Shown: positions 48,940-61,335, numbered from the stretch's first letter. The stretch is DNA of 64,000 nt from an uncultured virus (IMG/VR IMGVR_UViG_3300016486_001479) (IMGVR_UViG_3300016486_001479), one strand, 5' to 3'. Made by a program: numbers and translations. Notes: generated from the sequence alone by a model not told the origin.

Positions 48940-50012
48940 ATGTTAGGAGAAGAAAATTACGAAGAAAGAAAAAAGTCGTTCTGGAAAAACCAGAAGGGAT
49001 AGGAGCGATAATTTTACTAGCAATAGGTGCCGTTGCTGCGGCGTTTTCAGCCTCAGCGATTATTGCTTTTGTGTCAAGCATTCTGGCCTCAGTGGTCGGA
49101 ATTGTGGTTCTAGGATTCATTGCGGCTTTAATTATCTTCGCATGGAGAGATGAAAGATTAAAAACTTCCATCCGATACGTTATGAAGTCTTGGATGAAAA
49201 ACCTTGCGGGAGCAGTTGGTGTGAAAACCAACCCGATAGCTATTCTTGAAGGCTACGTTGATGACCTTAAAAAGAAGAGAATAAAAATGGTTAAAGGGCG
49301 CAAGGTTATGATGCGTCAGATTTCCAATGTTGAAGGAAAGCGGCAAAAGCGCTCAGAGGAGTACGAAGAGTATAAAAGCTTAGCACTAGCGGCTCGAAAA
49401 AGAGGTGATAAAACTCTAGAAGGTAGAAATGCTGGAAGAGCTATACAACTTGAGACTATAATCCAGAAGTACCAGGCGATGGTAGACAAGATGTCATTTT
49501 TGCTGAAAGTCATTAAGAGAATGGAGAAAGCCAGTGACACGATGATTTCAGAAATTTCATTCAAGGTTGGACTTAAGAAAGAGGAGTACGAAATGATGAA
49601 GACTTCTCACGGAGTTATATCTGATGCATGGGCCATTGTTAAGGGCGGGACATCACAGAAGCAGCTTTATGACGAAGCTTGGGATTATGTCACTGAACAA
49701 ACTGAGTTCCGAGTTATGGATATGGAGAACATGCTTCACGGAATGCAAGACTTCATGGATAATGTAGACCTTAAAAACGAAGCCTCTTTGGAAAAAGGCT
49801 TAATTAAACTTGACGAGTGGGAGAAGAGTTTAAACAACTCATTTGATGAAGGATTCGACTTTTTAAATGCCACTGACAAGCCTGTCGAGTTCGCTAAGGC
49901 GCAACGAGAAAGCAAAGAGAGCGGTAGAGAAAAAGTGAAAATGCAAGCGCAAACACAATCTGCATCTAGCGAAGCTTCATCAGGAGGAAGCGGGAGTAAG
50001 TATTTTAACTAA
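48940..50012 (+). CDS. membrane-anchored PspA/IM30-like protein (probable indel near 48988)
   Basis: MLGEENYEERKKSFWK|KPEG, two TMs, NPIAILEGYVDDL followed by coiled coil. Confidence 0.6.
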
Positions 50013-50103
50013 ATCGAAACCTTTACCGTTCATGCACGTATATTAAAGCATATTCAAACAATCATAAACCGCGCATAAGTGCACAATTTTAAAATCGAAA
50101 ATC

Positions 50104-51719
50104 ATGGCAGTACAAGTCAGTAAAGGGCGTATCACGTCAATCCTCTTAGTGATTGCACTAATAGGGGGTCTCTACTTCGCATATAGCAATGGCTATATTG
50201 GACAAGGAGGAGACAATATTGTCGTCGCAGGAGACGACGAAACACAGATTTTAGAGCCAATGGCTCCAGTGTCTGAGGATGGAACTCAAGTGTTCCGAAT
50301 TGGAGTTGTAACGTGGCCTGGCTACCTTGCAGCACAATACTGGAACAACGGATTTTCTCCTAACTCTGGCTCAAGGTTCCGTTCAAACTATGGCTTTGAT
50401 GTCCAGTTTGTTCTTCTTGAAGACCAATTAGCATCTCGTTCAGCTCTTATTGGGGATGAAGTGGACTTGCTCTGGTCAACAGTGGAAAGTTTTCCTGCGG
50501 AAGCGGCAGGACTAGCTAAGTCAGGAGTAGAGTATGTATGGCAATCAGATTTCTCACGTGGTGGAGATGCCTGTGTGGTTCGAACGGATGCTGGAATTAA
50601 TTCAGCCCAGGACTTACGAGGAAAACGATAGCCTACTCAGAGAGAACACCATCACACGCATTTTTGATGTATGTATTAGAAGCAGGAGGACTGACATTGG
50701 ATGACATCGTCCCAGCACCATGCCCAAGTGCTTTAGATGCAGCTCAAGTATTTAATTCAGGACAAGCGGATGCCGCAATTGTATGGGCACCAGACAACTT
50801 CAACTGTGTTGAGACAATCAACGCTAAGATGAAGGACTCAAATGCAGCAAGAGTGTTGATGGATACAAAAACCGCAACACATATTATCGCCGATGGATTC
50901 CTTGTGAAGAAAAGCTTTAAAGATGCAAACTTCGAAAACCTTGTAAACCTTTTCGAAGGATGGGCAATGGGAGCAGCTGAACTTCAAACCTCAGATGAAG
51001 CACGTCAAAAAGGAGCGCAAATTCTTGTAGACAATCTTGAAGGGTTTGTTACTTACGAAGATGCCTACGCTTCACTTAGCGATGTATACTACACATCAAT
51101 AGCGGACAACGTTAACTTCTTTGGCCTTAACCGAGCATATGAAAATGTAACCGCACAAGAGCTGTACGATGAAACTGGAAAACGATTTGTAAAATCAGGA
51201 GTGATTGCTTCATTCCCGAATTGGGGGCAGGTTTCTGACCGAAGCATCGTCCAGGAAGTTGCTAAACGTATGGAGGAAAAAGGATTAATGAATAAGCCAG
51301 GTTATGTTGCTGAAAACACAGTGATTGAAAATGCGCCTTCACCAACCTTTGCCAACACAGAGACTGTGGCAGCAATATCCTCTAAAGCACTTCAAGTGTA
51401 CTTTAAAACAGGAAGCTCAAACCTAGATTTCAATGCAAAAAATTACATTAAATCTGAATTTGGAACAGTTGCCCGAACAAACATGGGAGCGACCATTCGA
51501 ATTGTAGGAAACACTGATGCACAAGGCTCGTCAATGATTAACGAGCGCCTTTCAAAGGAACGTGCCGAGTCAGTTAAAGACTATATGGTTACAGCGTGGA
51601 GCATCGACCCAAACAGAATAGTAGCTGTTGGCAATGGTCCAAAGAAAGCTGTTAAAGCAGGAGCTCAAGGAGCTAACCAGGCTTACAGAACGGTTGACTT
51701 CGAATTGATTACCCAGTAA
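50104..51719 (+). CDS. NMT1/SsuA-like substrate-binding protein fused to OmpA domain (probable indel at ~50626)
   Basis: VVTWPGY, DFSRGGD, DLRGK|TIAYSE; C-terminal VYFKTGS, GNTD, LSKERAESV. Confidence 0.85.
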
Positions 51720-51806
51720 GGGAAAATAGTTCATAAACAAACTGCAAAGGGCGCAGAGGCTGAGTAGAAACACCAGAACTGCGCCCTTTTTATATCCAGT
51801 CACACC

Positions 51807-52507
51807 ATGAAAATATTCACTACAAAACACATCTGGAAGATAAAGGCTCAGTTGACAAAGCGAGAGAAAACCTTCATAGGATTCTTAGGGTTGCTTGTAA
51901 TATTAGCAGGATGGTACCTACTAACTGAGTTCGGTGGAATACCAGAACAAATTCTTCCAAAGCCGCTAGATGTGCTAGGCGCATTTGACGGACTTATTGA
52001 CCCTGANNNNNNNNNNNNNNNNNNNNGTCTGCTCGTTACTTACCAATTGCGGCATTGATTGCTCTCTTTATTATCTGGTTTGGAATCGGAGAGACAATGA
52101 AGATTCAATTTCTTGCATGTGGCATAATTGTTTACTTGCTTCCTGCGATGATTGCTAGAGTAGACGAAGTCAAAAAAATGTATGAGAACACAGCTAGAAC
52201 ACTTAATGCTTCTGAGTGGGAAATATTTAAAACAATCTATTTGCCAAAAGGCTTAGGGCTGGTATTTACGGATATCATCAATCTTACAGCAATTTCATGG
52301 ACCTACATCATCATTGCTGAGAACATTAATTCAGCGCAAGGCGGAGTTGGAGTGCTGTGTTGGCAAATGGCTCGACAGAGCGAATACGCAAGTGTATTCG
52401 CGGTGTTGTTTGTTATTTTCTTAATTGGATTCCTTCAGGATAAAATTCTAACTCTAATTGATAGAAAAATATTCCCTTGGAAGCATCAAAACAAATCTAA
52501 CAAATGA
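51807..52507 (+). CDS. ABC transporter permease (SsuC/TauC-like), interrupted by N gap
   Basis: [32 protein letters not shown]. Confidence 0.85.
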
Positions 52508-53346
52508 GCAATATCTTAGAACTAAGAAACGTGTGCAAGTCATACGACAGCGGCGAGGTCAAAATCATTGAGAATCTGGATTTGGTCGTTCCTAAAAAAG
52601 AAAAAGGAAACCTGATTGTTATCCTGGGACCATCTGGTTGCGGAAAGAGTACACTTCTACGATTCATATCGGGACTAGATATTCCTACCTCTGGAACTGT
52701 AATGGTGAACGGAAAGCCAGCACAAGACAAGTCAAATAAAGTTGGACAAGTTTTTCAAAAGTATAGTTCATACGACTGGTATTCTGTGTTGAGAAATGTT
52801 CAACTGGGATTGGAGTATCGAAATAATGCTTTCATGGAGAGCCCGTTGCGGTTCGTAAAAGAAAGGCTTGGCAAATCAAGCGAAACCTATTTAAGCAAAG
52901 CTGAACGAAACAGGCAGGCTTTGGAGATTATTGAAAAGGTTGGACTTAAAGGTCATGAAAACAAATTTGCTCAGTATCCGCTTTTGAGTGGTGGTCAACT
53001 TCAGCGTGTTGCAATTGCCCGAAGCATCTTGGCGAACCCAAGCATCATGTTAATGGATGAGCCGTTTGGAGCCCTTGATGTTAAGACTCGTAACCAGATG
53101 CAACAACTGACGTTAAACCTATTTTATGAATACAAACCGACAATCCTTTTTATTACGCACGACATCCGCGAAGCTGTTTATTTGGCGGATGAAATCTATG
53201 TCATGGGGAACGCTCCTGCTAAGTTTGTGAAAAAAATTGATGTCACAGCTGAAATAGGATATGAACGACCAGTAGAGATTAAACAGTCAAAGAAATTCTA
53301 CGACGTTTATAACCTAGTTTATGATATCATGATGTCGATGGAGTAA
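52504..53346 (+). CDS. ABC transporter ATP-binding protein (SsuB/TauB-like)
   Basis: [30 protein letters not shown]. Confidence 0.95.
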   Translation: MSNILELRNVCKSYDSGEVKIIENLDLVVPKKEKGNLIVILGPSGCGKSTLLRFISGLDIPTSGTVMVNGKPAQDKSNKVGQVFQKYSSYDWYSVLRNVQLGLEYRNNAFMESPLRFVKERLGKSSETYLSKAERNRQALEIIEKVGLKGHENKFAQYPLLSGGQLQRVAIARSILANPSIMLMDEPFGALDVKTRNQMQQLTLNLFYEYKPTILFITHDIREAVYLADEIYVMGNAPAKFVKKIDVTAEIGYERPVEIKQSKKFYDVYNLVYDIMMSME

Positions 53347-53433
53347 GCCACCCTTAAAGCTTGTAAGATTTAGGCTCGTGTTTTTAAAGTAAAAAAACAA
53401 GACCATGATTTTCTACTGAAAAAACACAAGCCA

Positions 53434-53464
53434 AAAAGCCTCGTAATTAATTACGAGGCTTTTG
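53434..53464 (+). terminator. intrinsic terminator
   Basis: AAAAGCCTCGTAA/TTACGAGGCTTTT. Confidence 0.7.
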
Positions 53465-53502
53465 TTGTTTTTATCATTATAATCCTTAGTTTTGTTATAG
53501 AA

Positions 53503-54165
53503 ATGAGAGAAAAAGCAAGTTTAGGCTCAATAATTAAAGAAAACTGGAAGTTGACTCTTCATAAGCTTTGGGTAGCCAGGTACATGTGGAAGGTTTGTCG
53601 GGCTCTAATGAAAAGAGCATGGAGACATGATTTTTCTAAATACTCAAAACACGAGGCACCTTACTTTGCTAAAGCGAGCTCTTTAAAGAAACTCAAGTAT
53701 GGCACAGAAGATTATAAAAAGAACTTAGAGTCAATTCAACCAGCTCTTGAACATCATTACAAGAACAATTCTCATCATCCACAGCACTACGCTAAAGGAA
53801 TAATGACAATGTCAATACTTGATTGGTGTGAAATGCTTTGTGATTGGAAAGCAGCAACAAGAAGAACAAAATCAGGAAGCATAAAAGTCTCTTTGGAAGA
53901 GGGTCAAGAAAGATATAAATACTCTAATGAGACCAAGAGTAAATTTTCTGACTTTCTTCGTGAAGTAGGCATCTGGAAACCATCTTATAATGTTTACAGA
54001 AAACCTAAAGGAGAAGGCGAATACGATTATACAATGATTCCTGATGATGCAGGATGGATTTACGAGCAGTGTGAAAAAGAATGTGAAATGATATTCTCAT
54101 CAGAGAGTGAGAAACAAGTTAGAAGATATTTTGAAGCAGTCTCAGAACGAGCTATAAAACAATGA
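53503..54165 (+). CDS. DUF5662-like HD-related protein
   Basis: HDFSKYS, HHYKNNSHHPQH, EMLCDW. Confidence 0.7.
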   Translation: MREKASLGSIIKENWKLTLHKLWVARYMWKVCRALMKRAWRHDFSKYSKHEAPYFAKASSLKKLKYGTEDYKKNLESIQPALEHHYKNNSHHPQHYAKGIMTMSILDWCEMLCDWKAATRRTKSGSIKVSLEEGQERYKYSNETKSKFSDFLREVGIWKPSYNVYRKPKGEGEYDYTMIPDDAGWIYEQCEKECEMIFSSESEKQVRRYFEAVSERAIKQ

Positions 54166-54752
54166 GTAAACATAGACCATCAAACAATTTAACAGTGTTA
54201 GACCAGGATAACTTTATCCTTGACGGTACACTTGTGGTTATTGACCAGTTAACTGGCGAACATAAAGACGCCAAACTTGACGAAAACAGCGTCAAGCAAA
54301 CTGTTTTTGAATACAAGAGAACAATGATAGACCGAGGCCTTGCTTTTGGTGTCTTGGAAAAAAGCATGATTGCAGACAAGGAAGACGAAATAAGCGCTCA
54401 AGAGCTTTTGAATGTCAATGACTTCGAAATAAAGCTTGCTCAAGACTGGGAGGAAGAAGAACTTAATGAAGACGATATCGCTTTCCAAATTATGGACATG
54501 ATGTATGACGCTGAGGGAAGGAGGGTTGTTGGACGAATCCATCTTTTAGATACTCCTCAAGGTTTAATTGCTAGAGAAAACATAAGCAAAGGATTAAAGT
54601 GCTATATCAGCTCTAGCGGAGTAGAAGATGTAGTGACCAGAGATAAATCAGTACCACTAGAAGTAGATTTTGCGTTTTTACACAAACTGCAATCCTTTAA
54701 AGAGGGGTGGAAATTATCTTTCATTGGACGTGGCGGAAAATATGGATTCTAA
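54162..54752 (+). CDS. prohead core protease-like protein (T4 gp21-like, possibly degenerate)
   Basis: GRIHLLDTPQGLIA.......YISSSG resembles the gp21 LDTPxG...SSRG motif. Confidence 0.5.
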   Translation: MSKHRPSNNLTVLDQDNFILDGTLVVIDQLTGEHKDAKLDENSVKQTVFEYKRTMIDRGLAFGVLEKSMIADKEDEISAQELLNVNDFEIKLAQDWEEEELNEDDIAFQIMDMMYDAEGRRVVGRIHLLDTPQGLIARENISKGLKCYISSSGVEDVVTRDKSVPLEVDFAFLHKLQSFKEGWKLSFIGRGGKYGF

Positions 54753-54798
54753 TGGTGGAATTTAGGGCAAACAAAAGCATAACACAACACAGTAAAAA

Positions 54799-56225
54799 AT
54801 GGACGAAAAAAAACAAACTCCACCAGCCTCTAGAGCTGATGAGTTAAGAGATGCAACTTTGGAATACTTTACGTCTCACGCAACTAAGACTAATACAGAG
54901 TTTAGAGAAGAGGATTTATTGGTGACACTAACCAATGAATATGAGCTAAATATGTTTATAGAACTCAAAAAAAGAACAGAAAAAACAAGAGGCAATAAGT
55001 TTAAAATAACAAACATCACGCCGATTGAGCAGAGTTCAATTACGGACTACTGTTTTTCTCTAGCCACAAAAGACCATGACCAAGGCGGGCGAAAACTAAA
55101 GCAGAAGGAGCTTTATTTAGGAGATAGAATGGGTGCGTATAGAGTTGATTTTTCTGACGGAAGCTTTATGTGTTTTTCAAAATGGATGATTGGAGAAGGA
55201 AAAACTAAATGCTTAGAAGGTGTTTATGTAGCCACAAAAGAGACTTGGTTGAACTTTTTCGAAATCCTCTCTGAGGAGAATAAGAGAATCACCAGGCCTA
55301 AGAAAGGAGTCTTCCGTATTCGAGGTGGAGCTGGAGGGGAGCTTGAATATGAAAGAGTTAAGGAGTTAAAAGAGACACCAGTTGTCCACCCATCGACCTC
55401 AATTTTAAAAGATGACATGGAATTCTTTTACAGCAACGTAACCATGTTTACGAAGTTCAATCAGCCAGGGACCAGAAAAGTAATGCTTGTCGGGCCTCCT
55501 GGAACAGGAAAGTCGTCCATTTCTATGCGCTTAGCCACAAGTCTAAGTAAAGAAAAATGTGTTGTTTTCTCCACAGACTTATCAGCAGTTGCGTATCATT
55601 TAGACAGATGCGCAAAGTATAAAATGTCAACATTTGTCATCTTGGAAGACGCAGAATCAACTTTAAGAGATGCTACATCTTCTATCTTAAATTCTTAGAT
55701 GGAATAGACCAGCCAATCAACAAAAGTGGAGCATACATTGTAATGACAACTAATCACCCAGACCGAATTGAGCCTAGAATTCTAAAGCGCCCAGGAAGAG
55801 TGGATAAAATAATTCACTTTGGAGCTTTAAAAGGAATGGACGCATTGCTGTGTGCTGACATATACTTTGAAGACATCATCTTTTTCAAAGAGATGTCTAA
55901 AAAAGAAAAAGACACCCTTCGAGAAGAGCTTCTACCAGTTGTTCACAACAAAGGTGAAGGAATGACAGGCGCAGAGATTAAGCAACTATCAGAAGCCACA
56001 ATAGCTTACGCAGTGTCTAATCAAATTGAGAAAATCACTGTAAAAATTATAAGCGAGGTAAAAGAAAAGCTCTCAGAAGACCTTAAGAATGTCTATGAGC
56101 TAGCAGAGGAAGAAGGATTAGGTAAGTCAAGTTCTGGGAAACCAGTTTTCCATCCAAAATACAAAAAGGAACAAGAAAAACAATCCTTTGATTTTGACCC
56201 GTTAAGAAAGCAGGAAAGCTTCTAA
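54799..56225 (+). CDS. AAA+ ATPase (one gene split by probable T-run indel at ~55691)
   Basis: GPPGTGKS, ILEDAE, ILN|FLDGID, MTTNHPDRIEP..LKRPGRVD. Confidence 0.85.
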
Positions 56226-56239
56226 AACAGCTCAATACA

Positions 56240-56274
56240 AAAAGGCAACTTTCCTCAAAGTTGCCTTTTTTTTT
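56240..56274 (+). terminator. intrinsic terminator
   Basis: AAAAGGCAACTTT/AAAGTTGCC-T9. Confidence 0.75.
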
Positions 56275-56347
56275 GTAACCTTTTGACAAAGTGCTCGTAT
56301 ATTAAAAGAAAACATTCAGAAACGCAGAACCTAAAAACAAAAGAATC

Positions 56348-59029
56348 TTGAATAACGAACAATTTTCCCCAGGGGCACATGATACGCTTGCAAGAGCACA
56401 GCGTCAAGCAATGTCATTCTCTCACAAACAAGTTGAGCCAATACACGTTTTACGTGCTATACTGGTTGAACAAGATAATTTGGTTGCAATTATCCTAGAT
56501 AAAGTAAACGAAGACAGCGGTAAGACATATACCATCGAAGAGATGAACACGTTGTCAAAGACTTTCTTAGAGAACACCAAAGTTGTTCAGTACGAAGGTC
56601 GTCCAGAGATGTCTGAGGTGATGAATCAACTTCTGGTAATAGCAATTGGGTTTGGAGAAAACGAACAAGGTGGAGAACAACTCTGCCAACCAAAACACTT
56701 GCTTCGAGCATTTTTCCGTGTGAACTCCACTGCCACAAATGTACTTATCTCGATGGATATCGAAGAGAAGCACCTCGATTCAGCGCTTGAAGATATTCAA
56801 GGTGAGAATGAATTCATCGCAGAAGGAGGAGAAAGCAAAACTCCCAACTTGGATGCATACGCCGTCAACTTAAACGAACGTGCGGAGCAAAACAAGCTTG
56901 ACCCAGTTATTGGGCGAGACACGGAAATGCGTCGTGCCCTTCACATCCTTTCAAAACGCACCAAGAACAATCCAATTTTGATTGGAGAGGCAGGAGTTGG
57001 TAAAACAGCTATTGTTGAAGGATTGGCACAAAGAATATTTAGCGGAGATGTCCCAGTCAATATGAAAGGGTGCACTTTGTTCTCTCTTGACATGGCTTCT
57101 CTAATTGCAGGGGCTTCATTTAAAGGAGAATTTGAACAACGTCTTAAAGGTGTTATCAAAGAAGTTGAGGACTCTAACAAAGAGTTCATTTTGTTCATTG
57201 ACGAGATTCACACAATCTTGGACGCAGGTTCAGGTGGTGGAGCTTTGAGTGCAGGAGAGCTTTTGAAGCCCGCTTTGGCTCGTGGAGAAATGGCAACGGT
57301 TGGAGCAACAACTCTGAACGAGTACCAGAAACACATCGAGAAAGATTCAGCTTTGGAGCGTAGATTTCAAAAAGTAATGGTCGAAGAACCAACTCCTGGA
57401 ACAACAGTTGCAATATTACGCGGTCTTCAAAGTAGGTATGAAAACTTTCACAAGGTTCAGTTTTCAGATGATGCCTTGACTGCGGCAGTGAAGATGTCGG
57501 ACAGATACATTACCGATAGAAACCTTCCAGACAAAGCAATCGACCTGATTGATGAAGCTGCATCTAAAATTCGTTTGGAGATTAACTCCAAGCCAGAAGT
57601 GCTGGATGAAGTTGACAGAGAAATCACACAAATTCGAATTGAGCTCGCAGCAATGGGCTCAGATTCAAATGCATCTGAGAAGCGCAAGCGAGAGATGCTC
57701 GACAAATTGTCTGAGCTAATTGAGACGCAAGAAGATTTGAATGCGAAGTGGCTTCGTGAAAAGAAGTACATTGACGAGATTCAAGAACTCAAGCGAGCCC
57801 AAGAAGAATTGTCTTTCCAGGCGGAGCAGTTCACAAAGAACTCAGACCTTGAAGGAGCTGCAAAGCTCCTTCACGGTGAGTTGCCAGAGAACGAAAAGCA
57901 ACAAGCAGTAGCTAGAGAGAAACTGATTGAGATTCAATCTCACCACAAGCTTCTAAAAGAAGTTGTGACTGAGTTAGAGATTGCAGAAGTTGTTTCGGCT
58001 TGGACTGGAATTCCAGTCTCGAAAATGACAAAGAGTGATAATGAGAAACTTCTTTACATTGAAGATGAATTGCAAAAGCGAGTTATCGGACAAATAGAGG
58101 CTGTATCAGAAGTTGCGAAGTCAATCCGAGTGAATCGTGTCCCAGGTATTGGTGACCCAAAGAAGCCTATTGGTTCATTTCTATTCTTGGGAACAACGGG
58201 AGTTGGAAAAACAGAGTTGGCAAAAGCGCTTGCTGAGTACCTATTTGATGACGAAACTCACATGATTCGAATTGACATGTCTGAGTACCAAGAGAAGCAC
58301 ACTGTTTCTCGACTTGTAGGTTCGCCTCCAGGGTATATTGGATATGACGAAGGAGGTCAATTGACGGAGCCAGTCCGAAAGCGCCCATACAATGTTGTGT
58401 TGTTGGACGAGATTGAGAAGGCTCACCCAGATGTGTTGAACGTGCTTCTGCAGGTTCTAGACGATGGACGTCTAACAGACAACAAAGGACGATTGGTGAA
58501 CTTTAAGAACACCATCATCATCATGACTTCAAACATTGGGTCCAGAGTTATCCAAGATGAATTCGAGGATTCAGGAAACGTAATAACGCCAGAGCTTGTC
58601 AAAGCAATCAACGAGGACGTTATGGAAGAACTCAAGCAAACAATGCGCCCTGAGCTTCTTAACCGACTTGACGAGGTTGTTATTTTCAACCCGCTCGACC
58701 AAACCGCAATTAACCAGATTGTTGAATTGCAACTCAAATCTTTCAGAAAGAACATGGAAGAGGAAGAGTACGAGTTGAACTGGACCGCAGAGGCAGTGGA
58801 GTTGCTTGGAATAAAAGGCTACGACCCACAGTTTGGAGCGAGACCAGTTAAAAGAGCGATTACGGAACTTGTCCGTGAGCCATTGAGTTTTGAGATTCTA
58901 GGCGGTAACGTTGGGAAGAAAACACCAATCCTTATCGGAAGAAAAGGAGAAGAGTTGTCTTTCAAAAACGAGAAGACTTTGAAGCCTAAGAAAGAGGTGA
59001 AAGAAATAAAAACAGAAGTAGAAGCATGA
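56348..59029 (+). CDS. clpB: ATP-dependent chaperone ClpB
   Basis: N domain, GEAGVGKT, long coiled-coil M domain, [22 protein letters not shown]. Confidence 0.93.
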   Translation: MNNEQFSPGAHDTLARAQRQAMSFSHKQVEPIHVLRAILVEQDNLVAIILDKVNEDSGKTYTIEEMNTLSKTFLENTKVVQYEGRPEMSEVMNQLLVIAIGFGENEQGGEQLCQPKHLLRAFFRVNSTATNVLISMDIEEKHLDSALEDIQGENEFIAEGGESKTPNLDAYAVNLNERAEQNKLDPVIGRDTEMRRALHILSKRTKNNPILIGEAGVGKTAIVEGLAQRIFSGDVPVNMKGCTLFSLDMASLIAGASFKGEFEQRLKGVIKEVEDSNKEFILFIDEIHTILDAGSGGGALSAGELLKPALARGEMATVGATTLNEYQKHIEKDSALERRFQKVMVEEPTPGTTVAILRGLQSRYENFHKVQFSDDALTAAVKMSDRYITDRNLPDKAIDLIDEAASKIRLEINSKPEVLDEVDREITQIRIELAAMGSDSNASEKRKREMLDKLSELIETQEDLNAKWLREKKYIDEIQELKRAQEELSFQAEQFTKNSDLEGAAKLLHGELPENEKQQAVAREKLIEIQSHHKLLKEVVTELEIAEVVSAWTGIPVSKMTKSDNEKLLYIEDELQKRVIGQIEAVSEVAKSIRVNRVPGIGDPKKPIGSFLFLGTTGVGKTELAKALAEYLFDDETHMIRIDMSEYQEKHTVSRLVGSPPGYIGYDEGGQLTEPVRKRPYNVVLLDEIEKAHPDVLNVLLQVLDDGRLTDNKGRLVNFKNTIIIMTSNIGSRVIQDEFEDSGNVITPELVKAINEDVMEELKQTMRPELLNRLDEVVIFNPLDQTAINQIVELQLKSFRKNMEEEEYELNWTAEAVELLGIKGYDPQFGARPVKRAITELVREPLSFEILGGNVGKKTPILIGRKGEELSFKNEKTLKPKKEVKEIKTEVEA

Positions 59030-59877
59030 GAATCTACGTAACAGACTTTGCAGGGAACGCCCACTTTAAAGGTGGCGGTGGAACGCAGATAGATACATCA
59101 AAAGAAGAGTTCGCCACACAGGTGAACTCTCTTTTGGATTCAGGTAAGGCCACAGTAAAACCTTCTCTGTATCCTTTTTGCAAGTACATCATCGTTCCTA
59201 ATTTCACAACTGCGAAGCCTGGCACGGTTGAAATAACTCAAGACAATCAGAAGTATCTCCGTTGCGCCTGGAAGGCTAGACGAGAAGGAGAGCTTCCGTT
59301 CCTGTCTAAAAATCTTTTGTTGCCACACAACTACAAACTGCCCACAGCCACTCATTTGGTTGTTATCGTTTACAGTCGTGAGCAATTAGAGAAAGAAGAG
59401 TCTGATTTTGAGACTGGAGAAACTGTCGCATCTGACTTTGGAGTGGTTGCCATCCAGGCAAACATGTATCCAGACGTAGAGCTAATGACTCCAGCCACAA
59501 TGATTCGAAACGCAATGGGCAAAGAGCTCGGAGGCAATGGAGAAGACATCGTGCAGGAGTACATTTTGGAGTCAGAAAAGTTCTGGGCCACTCACGCATC
59601 TGCAATGCTTCAAAAGCAACACCCAGAGTACATCGATAGATTTCAAGGTTCTGCTGAACAATTAGCAGAGGACATTGGAAATTTAAGGTATGATGCCTTA
59701 TCGGAGTTCCTAGGCAAGCTTAGCACAAAGCTCAAGACGGATGCTAAAGCAGATGCCAAAGCAGGAAAGAAACTGCTGTCGGAGTTTCTTTCCAGAATGG
59801 GTGACGACATAAATAACGCAAAGTTTCAGAGCGATTCGGCATGGTTGATTAGTGAGCCACACATGAACCAAAAGTAA
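59026..59877 (+). CDS. DUF3228-like protein
   Basis: YPFCK..VPNFT, ARREGELP, YSREQL, PATMIRNA.G..GG.G. Confidence 0.7.
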   Translation: MRIYVTDFAGNAHFKGGGGTQIDTSKEEFATQVNSLLDSGKATVKPSLYPFCKYIIVPNFTTAKPGTVEITQDNQKYLRCAWKARREGELPFLSKNLLLPHNYKLPTATHLVVIVYSREQLEKEESDFETGETVASDFGVVAIQANMYPDVELMTPATMIRNAMGKELGGNGEDIVQEYILESEKFWATHASAMLQKQHPEYIDRFQGSAEQLAEDIGNLRYDALSEFLGKLSTKLKTDAKADAKAGKKLLSEFLSRMGDDINNAKFQSDSAWLISEPHMNQK

Positions 59878-59889
59878 TATACTGTAACA

Positions 59890-60177
59890 ATGGATATCGA
59901 TAAAAGCAAGCTTACCTTCACGGGCAGCATGAACTACATACTTCAAATTTTCTCTGAGAAGGATTCAGAGCAAGTAATTGTTGACCAATATCAACCTCGA
60001 AAGAATAAGGTCTGGACTGGCGAGATGACGAAAGAGGAATTAAAACCTCAAGTCGAAGAAACTATTGAGAGAATGAAGATAGCAATGATGCATCTTCAGG
60101 AGTATCTAGACGGGAAGCGAGAAACAGTGTACTACTGGGAGTTCAAAGATGAGCAGCACACCCCTAAAGGTGAATGA
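59890..60177 (+). CDS. hypothetical protein
   Basis: 95-aa ORF. Confidence 0.6.
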   Translation: MDIDKSKLTFTGSMNYILQIFSEKDSEQVIVDQYQPRKNKVWTGEMTKEELKPQVEETIERMKIAMMHLQEYLDGKRETVYYWEFKDEQHTPKGE

Positions 60178-60209
60178 AACCTTATTTATAATCCTACGTA
60201 TATTTAAGC

Positions 60210-60545
60210 ATGGAAAACTACACTCAAGAAGAAGCTCAAAACATCCTGAACCAGATTAGTTTCGCACCATCTGGAATCCAAATGCACGAAACAGGAAAAC
60301 CTCAGTTCGAGATACAGAAGACAGACGACATATTCTTGCTGAGATGTAGATTCTGGAGACCAGACACTTTAACTGGGGAAATGGGCACTGGCTTTGGCCG
60401 AGACTACACAGCTCCACTAGATACTAGCGAAAAAGGCTTAGTGATGACAGCGTGGCTTGCTTTCGAGCAAATCGTTAAGCATGAGATGATGGAGTCCTTT
60501 TTATATAAAGGAGTTCGCTTATTTAATCCACACAAATCACTAGAA
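60210..60545 (+). CDS. conserved phage hypothetical protein (end in N gap)
   Basis: HEMMESFLYKGVRLFNPH. Confidence 0.65.
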
Positions 60546-60565
60546 NNNNNNNNNNNNNNNNNNNN

Positions 60566-60592
60566 GGGGGTTCGAGTCCCTCCACTCTCACA
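60566..60592 (+). tRNA. 3' end of a tRNA (rest in N gap)
   Basis: GGGGG-TTCGAGT-CCCTC-CACTCTC-A. Confidence 0.6.
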
Positions 60593-60654
60593 TGGCAGTC
60601 ATGCCACTTTCTTCGGAAGTAACCTCAATAGGGGTTGTGAAAAATGACTATTAT

Positions 60655-60745
60655 GGAAGTGAGGTCGACTATCGGTTGTGTCGCACTAGACTGTAAATCT
60701 AGTCCCTTTGGGTAAACAATGGGGGTTCGAGCCCCTCCGCTTCCA
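60655..60745 (+). tRNA. tRNA-Tyr(GTA)
   Basis: CTAGA-CT GTA AA-TCTAG, long variable arm. Confidence 0.85.
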
Positions 60746-60823
60746 CTTTGATTTCATAAACAAAAGTAACAGTTATGAAATCTTTGTTACTTTTGTAGTC
60801 TATTTATAGTAAATTAAAAACTT

Positions 60824-61297
60824 GTGAGTAGAAAAGGAAAGGTTGACCTACAGTCAGTAAGTGATTTTAAAGTCATAATAGAATCTAGCAAAAGCATAAG
60901 AGAGGTTTTAACTAAGCTTGGATATAAAAATCCAAGCGGCTCAATGCATTCAAAAGTGAGAGAAAGAGTTACACGAGATGGTTTATCTATCACTCACATG
61001 ATTGGAAGATATGATTCTGGAAACGGAAGAAGAATTCCACTAAGTGATATATTAGTCGAAAATTCAACTTACTCTAATATTGCTAGACTGAAAATTAGGT
61101 TAGTAAATGAAGGGTTTTTAGAGTATAAATGTGTCAGTTGTAGTAATGAAGGCGATTGGATGGGTAATCCAATAGTTTTGCAATTAGACCATAAGAACGG
61201 AGTTCGTGATGACCATAGGTTGGAAAATTTAAGATTTATGTGTCCTAATTGCCACAGCCAAACAGCAACATTTGGAGGTAAAAACTGTAGAAAATAG
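60824..61297 (+). CDS. HNH homing endonuclease
   Basis: CVSC...LQLDHKNG..DDHRLENLRFMCPNCHSQT; followed by a tRNA 3' remnant GTTCGAACCCTAC (61301). Confidence 0.9.
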   Translation: MSRKGKVDLQSVSDFKVIIESSKSIREVLTKLGYKNPSGSMHSKVRERVTRDGLSITHMIGRYDSGNGRRIPLSDILVENSTYSNIARLKIRLVNEGFLEYKCVSCSNEGDWMGNPIVLQLDHKNGVRDDHRLENLRFMCPNCHSQTATFGGKNCRK

Positions 61298-61335
61298 TCA
61301 GTTCGAACCCTACTATGCCCACACTACAACTTTAT

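Noticed and set aside
35670..55700. Apparent programmed frameshifts in cas7 (~35675), 44610, 48988, 50626 and 55691 (also ~3706)
   Set aside because: All fall in short homopolymer runs in unrelated conserved genes, and one base restores the frame. Sequencing or assembly indels are the simpler explanation.
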